Origin: Diplonema japonicum
Taxonomy: Eukaryota; Protista; Euglenozoa: Diplonemea
DNA: 64,000 nt
NCBI GenBank assembly: GCA_964019335.1
Contig: OZ025729.1
Location: 1-64,000, forward strand
Direction of reading: 5' to 3'
Part shown: positions 34,280 to 45,635 of the stretch, one piece after another
Layout: every line of letters starts with the position of its first letter
Position numbering within the stretch: the first letter of the stretch is position 1
Translations under genes and position numbers: made by a program
Notes under the pieces: model-generated
The model's database searches: none
Told to the model about the DNA's origin: nothing
What the model saw: only the letters and a program-made list of their open reading frames with translations

Positions 34280-34385
34280 GTGAACTTAACACTGCAATGC
34301 GGTTTCGTCCCTCTCCACCGGACCGCGGAACTAACAAGAGGCTTTGTAAAGGCCTAGGGACTCGTCAGCGATGAAGCCACCTCTC
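34280..34385 (-). ncRNA. Possible degenerate hammerhead ribozyme core
   Basis: Minus strand: CTGACGA-GTCCCT-(43 nt)-AGGGAC-GAAA-CCGCattGCAGT. The core boxes and 6-bp stem II are intact. Stem III, the cleavage triplet and stem I are imperfect. Confidence 0.4.
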
Positions 34386-35446
34386 GAGAGTTCAAAATAA
34401 CACCCCTTTTCTTTGCTTTGATTGAATCAATATTCGATGCATTTTTATTGGGAAGAGATGAAAACTGCACGGACCACCCAAGCACCTAATAATAATAATA
34501 AAAAGAGACCTAAAAAGAGAAAATGTTTCACGCGTCCTTCTCGCGGAAGAGCTGAGCACCTTCTGGACATTATTAGCTCCCGTCACGTGGCCTTCCTCTC
34601 ACTTTCTCGCATGGCTGGCTGCGTGCAGTGGACGGAGCGATTGATTTTGATGCCACATAAAGACCACGCTAGACATCTACAACAAGGTATATACAGAACC
34701 GTGGGGCCAGCTTAAGTTTTGTATTCAGAACCACCAACATGTTCTTCTGCAAGGAACCTGGAGGAGGGGGGAGTATGTCATGTTGGACCGAACGCAATAT
34801 CACAAAGAAACAACTGGTGGCCGTGACTATAAAGAATAGAAATTACTAGGCAACAGTAGGAAGGGGGGGGACTTTTTTTTCCCTCTCCTTCCGCTGTTTC
34901 TTCCTTTATTTTTCCCACCTGGGTTCTTTATCTCTTTGTTTTGTTTTAGACCAAAGAAGATGAAAGAAACGACCTAGCGGGACACAAGAAGAACAGGAAG
35001 GTGTCAGAGAGGGAGGGGTACATGGGGTGGTAAATAATAATAATATTTGCAATAACTTCTCTATTCTAGATTTAGAGTGGGGGGCGGAAATTAAAGGGGG
35101 GGGGGGGTACTATATTATAGACTGGTAAATGAAAAGGGTCTTTCTTTCTTCTTCTTTCTTTACAAAGAACCTCAGAAATTTTGAGTTTACATTTTGTGTT
35201 TGATAAGTTTAACACACCCACACCCAGGCTGCTGCTGTTGGTATGCTTACTAAAAAGTTTAGGTAGGGAGGGAAAAAAAAAAGCTCCCGCGCTTGGCTTC
35301 AAATATTTCTCCAAAAAAAAAAAAAGAAAAATGTGGTAGCAATGCTATTATTCAAGTCGAGACAGACCCAAGACTGAAGAAATTGGCCAACCCGTGGGTT
35401 GGAATCAGCAGCAGTAGGTACCTCGTTTTTATTATTATTATTCGGC

Positions 35447-35489
<43 letters not shown>

Positions 35490-35655
35490 GTGGCGGTGCA
35501 GGGGAGAAAGAAAAAAAAGAAAAAAAACTTTTTTGCAGGAAAAAGAGCTGGCGCTTTTATTGGGAAAAAAAGGGGGACTATGACTGAATAATAAAAAAAA
35601 AAAAAAAGCCTGCCGTGACTCTTCCTTTCGAAGGAAAAAAAAAAAAAAAAAAGAA

Positions 35656-35726
<71 letters not shown>

Positions 35727-35776
35727 AGAGCGGAAGAATGAAAGGAGAACAAAAAAAAAAAAAAAATTACACCTCT

Positions 35777-36883
35777 TTACTTGATCTCTTTTTTGCACGC
35801 AAACCCATACTTCTCGTTCACGATGGCAACAGCAGCACACATGTTCTTCATCTTCCTCTCCGCGATCTCAGACGGGAGCATCATCATACCGCAATCAGGC
35901 GACACCATAAGCTTCTTAGTCGGCAGTGCTTCGTACACGGCAGCCACACGGGCAGCTATCTCCTCAGGAACCTCAATCTTTGTTGACGCGATGGCGATGG
36001 TTCCAAGAACAAGACCCTTGTTCCGGAAAAGAGAAAACAGCCCAGTTTCGTTAGGACGGTGCGCGTCTTCCAAACAAATATAATCGTAAAGGTTAGACGG
36101 CCCATCCATGACCTCAAGCAGATCGAAGTATGCCTGGGGGTCAGCTCGCTTGTACTCCTTCTCATTATCGAGTGAAGACGGATATCCACAGCAAATGTGG
36201 ACGTGTGTTGTGACATGTGGGAAATTCTCCTTCACACTGTCGAAGCAAGCATTTAAATACTTCAGCCCTGTCTGTACTGCAAAAGACGGGTTTCTTGCGA
36301 AAACCGGTTCGTCAATTTGAATGTGTTCCACCCCCGACCCTGCAAGGTGCAGCACCTCACTGTTGATTGCGGCAGCCAGGTCCTTCAAATATTCCTCGTC
36401 GTTCTGGTAAAATTTGTTTAAAATGGTATCACGGATAGTCGTGGGGCCAGGGAGGGTCACTTTTAACCCAGATGCTGCTTCTTCGCCAACAAGCATTTTT
36501 GCCAGTACAGCTTCGGCTGCAAGAAAATGTTCTCTTGGTTGGATTTTTGAACGGACGACAGGAGCATGGTAAGAGTATGCCCCGCCCCTGCAGGACATTT
36601 CTTCAAGATCTTCGCAGTCAACGCCGTTTAGGTGGCAGCAGTGGTACGAGATGTAATCCCCTCTTCTCACTTCGCCGTCTGTGGGGTAGTCCACACCTGC
36701 CTCCACCTGCTGTTTCATAACGTCTCTCACGCCCCTCATCTCTTCGACCTCCTCCATTTTTGTCTTTTCCCTGGTGTATTTCGTGAACTCTTTCACAAAG
36801 ACAGAGACGTCTGTGTTGCGCCAGTCAGGGATCTTAAGATACCCTGGTTTTGGGTACGATCCAATCATCGTGGTTTTGATCAT
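35777..36883 (-). CDS. Cobalamin-independent methionine synthase, catalytic-domain-only (core) type
   Basis: TTMIGSYPKP, PTDGEVRR, KVTLPGPTT, IQIDEP, zinc ligands in HICCGY / CLED / SPDCG. At 368 aa it lacks the N-terminal half of MetE. Confidence 0.9.
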   Translation of the reverse strand: MIKTTMIGSYPKPGYLKIPDWRNTDVSVFVKEFTKYTREKTKMEEVEEMRGVRDVMKQQVEAGVDYPTDGEVRRGDYISYHCCHLNGVDCEDLEEMSCRGGAYSYHAPVVRSKIQPREHFLAAEAVLAKMLVGEEAASGLKVTLPGPTTIRDTILNKFYQNDEEYLKDLAAAINSEVLHLAGSGVEHIQIDEPVFARNPSFAVQTGLKYLNACFDSVKENFPHVTTHVHICCGYPSSLDNEKEYKRADPQAYFDLLEVMDGPSNLYDYICLEDAHRPNETGLFSLFRNKGLVLGTIAIASTKIEVPEEIAARVAAVYEALPTKKLMVSPDCGMMMLPSEIAERKMKNMCAAVAIVNEKYGFACKKEIK

Positions 36884-37699
36884 TTTTTTTTTTTTTTTTT
36901 TTTTGAGATTTGCGTTGATGGCCTGAGATTAGTTAATCAGATGATAACGAGCCGCATTATAAGTATGAGAGGGAAAGAAGGAAGAAGGGAAAAAAAAAAA
37001 AAAGGCTAGATACTACATTTTTTTTTTTTGATTTAAACATTCCACCAGACGGGGGAGAAATAAAGTAATCTCAGGTCTGGGACACAAAAAAAAAATTCGG
37101 TTTTTTTTTTTTTCTTTTTTTTTTCTTTTCTTTTTCTTTCTTCCTTGACTGAAAGAGCCGGGAGGTAGAAAAGAAGAAGAAAAAAAGGCGGGGCTATACA
37201 AGTCAATCTTGACTTGCTTTCACCAGGAGGGAGCGCCAGTATGGCGATTACGTTTGGTTCTTAGCTATGAAACGGTGCAAAAAACAACAACCGGAACTAA
37301 GAAAAAACTCAAAAGAGAAAGAAAGAAAGAAAGAAAAGAGAGACATTCAAAGGGTGCCTGCAGTATGTGGCAGGACTCCTGAAGGGTCTCTCTCTATCTC
37401 TTGATCGATCCTTTCTGCTATGGTGGCCTTCGGCCCCTCAAAAAAAAAAGAAAATTCAGACATTTTTTTATCATGGCCAGATGCGGCTTCAAAACAAAAA
37501 AAAAGGGAAAAAGGAAAAAAAAAATAGGGAGGAAAATATGTTTTTTTTTTTTTTTTTTTTTTTTTTTTCTTTCTTTTTTTTTTTTGTTCTTCTCTTCAAG
37601 TGGTGGGGATAAAATGGAGATATAAAGAAGTACTTCAGATGAAAGATGAGAGAAATAAATTAATCAAAAAAAAGAAAATACACAAAATTCGGTTTCAGC

Positions 37700-38668
37700 T
37701 CAGGACACAACGCATTCACAACAGGATTTCAGCTGCTCCTGAATTGTTGGGGGGTCAGCAGACGTTCTCATGAACCCGGATCCGACAGATGTAGTCGGTT
37801 TCTTGAAATGAGTCAGGTCGACGGGGCCAAGGGACGGGCAGTACCCGAGAAAGTTATCCCCGACAATTCTGATACGGTGAAGCTGGCTGACATCAATTGC
37901 TGTGAGGGAAGTACAGCTGCAGCAACAACTGTCGCCGACAGACGTCACGTTGCTTAACGGGCTGAGGTCCAACTCCTTCAGAGATTTACAGCAAAGCAAA
38001 AAACCATCCCCGATAGAGGTAACGTTTCCCAACGGGCTCAGATCTACCGATTCCAGAGCGTCACAGTTTGCAAGGAAGTGGTTGTCGATCCTCCTGACGT
38101 TCCCACACAGGGATAAATCAACTGTTCGGAGGGATGTGCACTTATACAAGAAACAATATCCAATGGATCCAATGTTCCTCAGGTCTGTCATGTCCAGCGT
38201 CACGAGGTCCTTGCACCATGATAGGAACTTGTCCTCGATGACGGTCACGTTCTGCTCTGGGTCTGTGATTTTTAGGTTGCGAAGGTTGTCCGGGATGTGT
38301 AGCTTCTCCAGGAACAGCCTTGTCCTTGCAGACACGTTGATCTCTAACACGGTCTCGGGGTCTTCCTGCAACCGCAGTGTTATGTCTTCCCGCCTTCCGG
38401 ACAGCTCCTGCACGGCCACGCACATGCGGTTCTCCTCCTTGCACAACATTAACAGCTCGCACCCTTGTTCCATCCCCAGCTGGTGCGCCTCCTCCTCGCC
38501 GCGTGTGTGCTTATCAAGCATCTCGCCTTCCAGGTGCAAGGTGAACTCAACTCTCACCTCGGAAACTGTTTCCGCCTTCTTATAAAGGTCCCCCACCGTG
38601 TCTGCTTCATCCAATTCTATCTCGTGTGCTGCGCCAGAAGGTGCTTTAATGAACACAGTGAGGCTCAT
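37700..38668 (-). CDS. Ubl-LRR family protein A with C-terminal CaaX box
   Basis: N-terminal ubiquitin-like fold (MSLTVFIKAPSG..DTVGDLY..L.LEG), about six 25-aa LRRs (VDLSPLGNVTSIGDGFLLCCKSL), ends CCECVVS. Confidence 0.88.
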   Translation of the reverse strand: MSLTVFIKAPSGAAHEIELDEADTVGDLYKKAETVSEVRVEFTLHLEGEMLDKHTRGEEEAHQLGMEQGCELLMLCKEENRMCVAVQELSGRREDITLRLQEDPETVLEINVSARTRLFLEKLHIPDNLRNLKITDPEQNVTVIEDKFLSWCKDLVTLDMTDLRNIGSIGYCFLYKCTSLRTVDLSLCGNVRRIDNHFLANCDALESVDLSPLGNVTSIGDGFLLCCKSLKELDLSPLSNVTSVGDSCCCSCTSLTAIDVSQLHRIRIVGDNFLGYCPSLGPVDLTHFKKPTTSVGSGFMRTSADPPTIQEQLKSCCECVVS

Positions 38669-38696
38669 TTTTTTTTTTTTTTCTTCTTTTGGGTGG

Positions 38697-38930
38697 AGTC
38701 CTAACTTGACCCCTAAGTTTCCAAAATGCTCAAAGTCCACCCCCTAAGTCTTCAAAACGCTCAGATCCCGCCCCCTAAGTTTCCAAAGTGTTCAAAGTCC
38801 GCCGCCTCAAGTTTTTAAATGTCCTAACTAGGCCCCTCACTAAGGGGACCAAATTTGAGCATTTAAAAACTTAGGGGTCAAAGATAGACCTTGAACAGTT
38901 CTCATACTAAGGGGGTGGGTTTTGAGCATT
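38697..38930. repeat. Fold-back element with about 30-bp tandem subterminal repeats
   Basis: cccctaagtttccaaaatgctcaaagtcc repeated about 4 times, then inverted copies (tttgagcatttaaaaacttaggggtcaa). Confidence 0.75.
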
Positions 38931-39075
38931 GCCTAGCAGCTTTCTCTTTTTTTTTTTTCTCCCCCCTCTTATTTTTTTTCCAGATAAGTCGTTGTTACTT
39001 TAAAAAGATAGGAAAAAAAAACAAGAAAGTAGGGCTAGGGAGGGAGGGGGGAACACTACAATCCCCAATGGGCTA

Positions 39076-39912
39076 TCAGGCTAGATCTTCCAATAGTGCA
39101 CAGAAGTCGCGTCCCCTGCTCACGGGGGGGAGCTGGCTGGTGTCGATCGAGTGGAAGCAGTGGCCTAGGAAGTTGTCCCCGACGCTGCGCAAGCTCTTCA
39201 GGTGGCGCAGGTTCAAAGGCTTCAACGAGACGCAGTTCGTCATAAAATTGCTCCCGATGACGGTTACCTTTTTCAAAGGTGTGAGGTCGATGTGCTTCAG
39301 TGCACCGCAGTTAGCAAGGAAGTGGTGCCCGACCTCCGAAACGTTCTGAAAAGGTGTAAGGTCAACAGACAGCAATGACCCGCATCTGTTCAGAAAGCAA
39401 GGGCCGACGGACTTCACGGACTGCAGCTCGGTCAGGTCCACAGTTGCGAGGTCGCACCAGGACAGAAAGTTTTCTTCGATTCTCGTTATTCTCCCGTCAG
39501 GGTCTGCCACCCGGAGGTGCCGCAAGCCTCGAGGGAGCATATCCTTCCACAGCTGCAGCGTGCTCACCCCATCAACGACGCCTACCACCAACACAAGGTT
39601 CGGGTCCTCCTTCACTCGTAGTGCGATCTCTGCAAGCCGCTCGCGCAGGTCCAACACCGAGACCCACATGACGTCTGTCCGGAGTTGCATCACCAGCTCG
39701 CATCCTTGTTCCATCCCCAACAGCTGCACCTCCTCCTGGCCACGTGCGTGTTTATCAAGCACCTCGCCTTCCAAGTGCAGGGCGAATGCTCCTTCGTCAA
39801 CCGCAGCAACCTCTGCAGCCTTGCTGTACAGATCCTTCACTGTGTCGGGGCCGTCGAGCTCCACCTCATGTGTTGTGCCTGACACCGTCTTGATGCACAC
39901 GGCGAGGCGCAT
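39076..39912 (-). CDS. Ubl-LRR family protein B
   Basis: Close paralogue of A (LHLEGEVLDKHARGQEEVQLLGMEQGCEL) with 4-5 LRRs. Confidence 0.88.
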   Translation of the reverse strand: MRLAVCIKTVSGTTHEVELDGPDTVKDLYSKAAEVAAVDEGAFALHLEGEVLDKHARGQEEVQLLGMEQGCELVMQLRTDVMWVSVLDLRERLAEIALRVKEDPNLVLVVGVVDGVSTLQLWKDMLPRGLRHLRVADPDGRITRIEENFLSWCDLATVDLTELQSVKSVGPCFLNRCGSLLSVDLTPFQNVSEVGHHFLANCGALKHIDLTPLKKVTVIGSNFMTNCVSLKPLNLRHLKSLRSVGDNFLGHCFHSIDTSQLPPVSRGRDFCALLEDLA

Positions 39913-40067
39913 GTTGCTGGAGAAGAGTTAAGTCAGATGGGAAGTGAAAGAAAACAAGGGAACAAGGGAACAAAGGGAGAAATAAACATGTATGCGAGCT
40001 GAGCTTAGTCTCCGTTCTGGTCCTGCTGCGGTGGTCTGCGACAGATACCAGCCCTGCAAGCCTTCGA

Positions 40068-40195
40068 TGCTGCTGATGGTTCGCTCCAGGAGTACCGGCC
40101 TCCTGTACGTCTCAGCACACACCACAGAATGTAAAAAGGGGGAAAGCCTCTTACAGCAGCTTCAGACTTAAGGGACTCTTGTGGAGGTCCAATAC
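40068..40195. repeat. Inverted repeat arm; partner at about 42660-42817
   Basis: gctgatggttcgctccaggagtaccggcctcctg..cagaatgtaaaaagggggaaagcctcttacagcagcttcagacttaag is reverse-complemented at about 42700-42817. Confidence 0.9.
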
Positions 40196-40793
40196 AGAAA
40201 GAGGAATCGTTCCTCCGGTCACTGAGGTACCGCAGTAGTACCGCTGTATCGCTTCGTATCTGCAGGTGCTGAAGTACATGCCTTGGGTTGTGTGGCACAA
40301 GGCCACGGAGAGGCTACTTGCTCCACCTGGTGAAACCACCTCCTTGGGATGCTGCGGAAAGAAGGAAGGAAGAGAAAGAAGAAAGAAAAACAGGGAAATT
40401 TTGATCAAATAAAAAGAATCTGGTTGCTTTACAATTACCTACCAAATAAAATACTTCTTCTGCGGCTGTTAAGTATTGAATTGCTTTAGGTGCTTTAAGT
40501 ACTTAGAAACTCAGACTGGGAGGAGGGAGATTTGGTTGCTTCACATTGCATTACCTATAAACAAAATACTTCTTCTGCGGCTGTTAAGTATTGAATTGCT
40601 AAGTACTTCGGAAACCTGGACTGGGAGGGGGGATGATAAATACAAGGGACAATTTAAGGGGAAGGGAAGCGTTAGGAGAAAGGGAAACAATATTCTTTTC
40701 TTTTTTTTTTTTTTTTTTTTCTCTTCATTTTTTCGTTTCATTAGGCAGGGTTTTTCTGTGCTCTTTCACATACAACAACCTAGTCCACCGAGA

Positions 40794-41362
40794 GGCTACT
40801 TGCTCCACCTCCATATTCGATGTATGGGATAAGGGACTCTCCAAGGGGGATGCTAACTGGCGCCACGCATAGGTAGAAAAAAAAAGAAGGAAGGAATGAA
40901 GAGGAAGAAAGAAGGAAAAAAAAAAAACAGGGAAATTTTGATCAAAAAAATAATAATTTGGTTGCTTCATAATTACCTATAAACAAAATACTTCTTCTGC
41001 GGCTGTTAAGTATTGAATTGCTAAGTACTTCGGAAACTTGGACTGGGAGGGGGGATGATAAATACAAGGGATGGGAGGAATTAAGGGGAAGGGAGGTAGG
41101 AGCTAGAGAAGGAAACAATATTCTTTTTTCTGTATTCTTTCGTACCACAGTTGAGTGCAATTCTTTCATAAAATGACAGTTGCCTCAGTCTTTGCTCTTG
41201 TCTTGGTGGTTACTGTCATTTCTCATACTTATTCGCGTTTTAAATATTTACAGCAACTTGCGTTAGTCTTCTACTTACTTAAAGTCTCAGGGAGGTGTAC
41301 TGGTGGTGTGTCTTTTTTTCTTCTTCCCCTTTCTTCTTCCAAATACAACACTGGGGTCTGAA
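40794..41362. repeat. Direct repeat copy 1 (copy 2 at about 42985-43551; partial copies at 40300-40700)
   Basis: About 450 bp nearly identical, plus a looser tail, on both sides of the dCMP deaminase gene. Confidence 0.92.
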
Positions 41363-41574
41363 TTGGTTTTGAATAATAGTAGAGGAATAGTTAGGCAACT
41401 TATAGTATTTAAATTTAATTAAAGTCTCATGGGGGGGGGGGGGGGTCTCGGAATTATTGACTATCCGCCCAACCCCCCAAGTGAAGTAAAATTGAGCCAA
41501 AGTTGAAGTAAAAACGAAGTATCTGCTTAACTTCGCTGATTCCCCCTTCTAGGGACTTTTTATTTAATCATCTA

Positions 41575-42363
41575 TCAACAAGGCCAATATATGCAGTCTG
41601 ACATTCTTTTTTTTTTTTTCTCTCTCTGAAGTTTTAAAATTTTTAAAAAGATTGTCCCCCTGGTAGCCAAAAATGGCTTAAGTATCTTCTTCTTCTTCTT
41701 TCCATTAAAAGTGGTAGGGGTCTTCTTTTTCCCGCATTCTACTCCCTGCTGGGAACCTTGGGGGGGGGGGGGGGGGGGGAGAGGGGTGGGGGTGAGACAG
41801 GGGGATAGCGATATTGTGATAGGCCCTTCGCGTGTCTGGACGAAAGGAGAGTAGGTCACCTTCGCCTCTCTCAGCATACGACGGGACGCGATCCAAGATG
41901 GGTGGTCATGATTTTTATCTGAAAGATACACTACATGCGTGATGCCAAACTCGATTATTATTTTCGCGCACTCGTGACAGGGGAACAGCACAACATACAT
42001 TGTCCCATCCTCAATGCACCGTGTGTGGCAGTTGGCAATCGCATTCACCTCAGCATGCACAACATACAGGTGTTTCGTTTCCAGCATGCTGTGGCTTACA
42101 GACAGCTCGGACTTATCCTTGTCACCTTTCTCCCAAGGGAAGGCTTCGTCACCACAGCCCTTGGGGAAGCGGTTGTGGCCGATCCCCACAATCCTCTTGT
42201 CTTTGTCCACAATGCAGGCCCCGACCTGCCTGTTCGGGTCCCTGCTTCGAAGGCTGGACAGCACTGCCACAGACATGAAATATTCATCCTGTGCCATGTA
42301 GTTGATGTGTGGGCCAGTAGTCTTCTGGCCAGCAGCAGCGAGGGTCCACATGTTGCGGCGCAT
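41575..42363 (-). CDS. DCTD: Deoxycytidylate (dCMP) deaminase
   Basis: YFMSVAVLSSLRSRDPNRQVGACIV, IGHN, HAEVNAI and PCHECAK zinc motifs. The true C-terminus is uncertain because of the G homopolymer at about 41760-41780. Confidence 0.92.
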   Translation of the reverse strand: MRRNMWTLAAAGQKTTGPHINYMAQDEYFMSVAVLSSLRSRDPNRQVGACIVDKDKRIVGIGHNRFPKGCGDEAFPWEKGDKDKSELSVSHSMLETKHLYVVHAEVNAIANCHTRCIEDGTMYVVLFPCHECAKIIIEFGITHVVYLSDKNHDHPSWIASRRMLREAKVTYSPFVQTREGPITISLSPCLTPTPLPPPPPPQGSQQGVECGKKKTPTTFNGKKKKKILKPFLATRGTIFLKILKLQREKKKKRMSDCIYWPC

Positions 42364-42984
42364 CGGGTTCTGCAATCTGTATAAAAATAATTTGATAAAT
42401 TTCGGGTGTGTGGAGTGGGTGTTCACAAATAAAAAAAAGAGTTACTTTTCTTTTGATCAGGAGGGGACAAAAAAAAGGAGAAAAGAAAATTGCATGGTGT
42501 CCCCTTCACATCAAAGCACTGAGCTCAGTGTTTGGGCTTAAGAAGGCACATGATGAGCTAAAGGACTACACCACTACAGTGACACGACCTCAAAGCGTAC
42601 AGTGCAGTTGGGAATACCCCGATGCCCCCTCAAACAGCCGTGCCATCACCGCAGACTATGCTGTATTGCCTGGACCTCCACAAGCCGCTGCCAAGTGAGT
42701 CCCTTCTTAAGTCTGAAGCTGCTGTAAGAGGCTTTCCCCCTTTTTACATTCTGTGGTATGTGCTGAGACGTACACACATATGACAGGAGGCCGGTACTCC
42801 TGGAGCGAACCATCAGCGCAAGTCCTGCCCCCGTTTGCATTCCCCTCCGAGGTGCGGGTACTGAGAAAAGTAGAAGCAGCAGCCCCCAAAAGTTTGAAAT
42901 GGGGAGAGGGGCCACAGAAGCAACCAACACCAACTGGAGAGTATGTTGCAGGAGGCATACTTCATTGGCACAGGGCCACAGAGT

Positions 42985-43551
42985 GGCTACTTGCTCCACC
43001 TCCATATTCGATGTATGGGATAAGGGACGCTCCAAGGGATGCTAACTGGCGCCATGCATAGGTAGAAAAAAAAAGAAGGAAGGAATGAAGAGGAAGAAAG
43101 AAGAAAAAAAAAAAACAGGGAAATTTTGATCAAAAAAATAATAATTTGGTTGCTTCATAATTACCTATAAACAAAATACTTCTTCTGCGGCTGTTAAGTA
43201 TTGAATTGCTAAGTACTTCGGAAACTTGGACTGGGAGGGGGGATGATAAATACAAGGGATGGGAGGAATTAAGGGGAAGGGAGGTAGGAGCTAGAGAAGG
43301 AAACAATATTCTTTTTTCTGTATTCTTTCGTACCACAGTTGAGTGCAATTCTTTCATAAAATGACAGTTGCCTCAGTCTTTGCTCTTGTCTTGGTGGTTA
43401 CTGTCATTTCTCATACTTATTCGCGTTTTAAATATATTTACTGCATTATAACATTTAAATTATTAAGAAAGTAACTTAGGTTAATATCTACTTACTTAAG
43501 GGAAGGGAGGTGTACTAGTGGTGTGTCTTCTAAATACAACTCGGGTCTGAA
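42985..43551. repeat. Direct repeat copy 2
   Basis: Matches 40794-41362 and gives an identical 75-aa shadow ORF in the ORF track. Confidence 0.92.
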
Positions 43552-43900
43552 CTAATCAACTTCACCTTCGTTTGCGTCTTTACTCTTAAGTGTCTTTTTC
43601 TTCTTTTTTTTTTTTTTTTTTTTGATCAATAATTAGGTATGCACCTTAGTATCTCCGATGGTTAAGTGTGTAGTTCTTCTGGCGGACAAGCAACTGCAGG
43701 CGCAGGCTCTGTCTACTTGATTACAGGGGGGTGCTCCTCGGCCGAGTTGTAGCTTCTTCTGCGTTCCGCGTTGTGTCCTTAATGCATGCGGTGTACAACT
43801 CAACCCTAGTGCAGTTTAAAAAAAAAAAAGAGAGAAAGCAAACATTTAGGGTGGTGGTGGGGAGTATAGTTTTCTTATTCTTATTCTTATTCTTAGAGTT

Positions 43901-45040
43901 TCATGGAGGGAGGGGGGGGGGGGGTGGTGGTGGCGGTGTTGCACGTTGCAAAAGCTGTACAACATCATTGTGCCCTGCCCTAAGTGCTGCCTGCAGTGGT
44001 GTTTTCTGTTTAACTAACACGGTTGGGTCAGCTCCGCTGTCAAGTAGTAGCTTGCACATTGCATAGTGTCCCCTCTCTGCAGCAAGGTAAAGGGGCATCT
44101 TCCAGAGACGCTTTTTTTTGAAATTTTTGTAAGCAGCGTTGGGGTCCGCACCCAGAAACAAGAGCATCTTCACCTCAGCTGTGAGGTTGCTACACAGGCA
44201 GGTGTAGTACACCTGTGATTTCTCATCTGTCTCCATTCTTTTCAAGGCACGCAGTGTGTTGTCTTTGCCCAGGTGGCGTCTGATCTTTGCTTCATTCCCT
44301 GTCACAGCTGCAAAACGAACCGAAGTCTGTCCGAAATTGTTCCTGATCCCCCTGACCGCCCCCCTGTCCAGTAGAAGCTTTGCAGATTCCATGTTACAGT
44401 TCCTTATTGCCACCATCAGTGGGGTGTCGCCTCTTTTGGTTTTAATGTTTACATCTGCACCGCGATGGACAAGCGTTTTGGACACTGCAGCACATTGTTG
44501 CACTTCGCTGCAGCATGGAGGAGCGACCATATACCTTTACCTGGCGTTGGGGCCCACGATGGGAAGCAGTTTCTCCAGCTCGATTGTGTTGCTGTTGACG
44601 ACCGCTTGGAAGGCTGCAGCAACACTCGCTTCATGTGACTTCAGGTACCTGCTCCCCACCGTGTTTGGCACCCCACATGGTGACTGTGCCACCTTCGTTC
44701 CGGACCCTGCTTTGGGGGACGGCAGCTCCTGCACTGTGAAGGTACCTTGCAACATCTGTATTCCTAGCTAGCTCGGCTGCCTGCTGTGGTGTTCCCATAT
44801 CGGTTCTCAGGTATAGGTCTGCCCCGTGTTCCACGAGGACCTTGCATGCTGCAAGGTTGCCCTCCAATGCGTTTATGTGCAAAAGCGACACAGACATGAG
44901 CTTGTTGGGGTTGATGCCGAGTGCCAGTAGCTCAGTCCTTCTGCACTCCTTAACATCTCCAATATCATGGGTGAAGGGTTGCCCCGTCCAGCAGTGGTCT
45001 TCTGCCCAGCAGCAGCGAGGGTCCACACGTTGCGGCACAT
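43901..45040 (-). pseudogene. Frameshifted ankyrin-repeat gene
   Basis: Ankyrin motifs spread over different frames (LLHINALEGNLAACKVLVEHGAD, SLLHAAAK, GDTPLMVAIRNCN, PLYLAAERGH) with stops between them. Confidence 0.75.
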
Positions 45041-45635
45041 CGGGTTCTGCAATCTGTATAAAGAAAAAAAGATAATAATTATTAGTAAAAAAAAGGTGGG
45101 TTTGAAATAACTTGAAAAATAACAAAGACATTAAAACACTGCACTTCTTTTTTTCTTCTTCTTTTCTTTTTGTTACGAATAATTATCATTTCAAAAAACG
45201 ATTTTATAACTATATGCAACTTGTGACGAGCAAAAAATCTTCGCAGCTTTTTTAAAAACTTTTTTTGCTCAAGCAAACAACAAAAAACTCGATAAAATTT
45301 CAGTGTGCATGGGGTGCTCACTGTTCAGGTAGAAATTCACACTAATCGGTCACCGTTCTGCGGTTGCTGTCTGGTGCCTGTGGTGGCTGTTTGTCGCGAT
45401 GAGATGGACGGCATCTGGGCGAGAAACATTGCTTGGAGTCGTGCTAGGTAGCTGAAATGATTTTAAGTTAGAATAGAGAAGCGAAGAAATAGATAAAAAG
45501 GGGTGGAAAAGAATAAATACTGCATACGAAAACAGAGAGTCGAATAAAAAAGGGAAAAGGGTGACTGACATCCTCAAGAGGAGCCTCCCACGTACCAGGA
45601 ATTAAGCAGAGGTTGCTTCCATGGCCCGTATCAGT

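Noticed and set aside
41575-42363. dCMP deaminase as the cause of the neighbouring CpG loss, or as an antiviral dCTP-depletion effector
   Set aside because: The motifs are those of an ordinary free-nucleotide dCMP deaminase, not a polynucleotide deaminase. Proximity is the only link.
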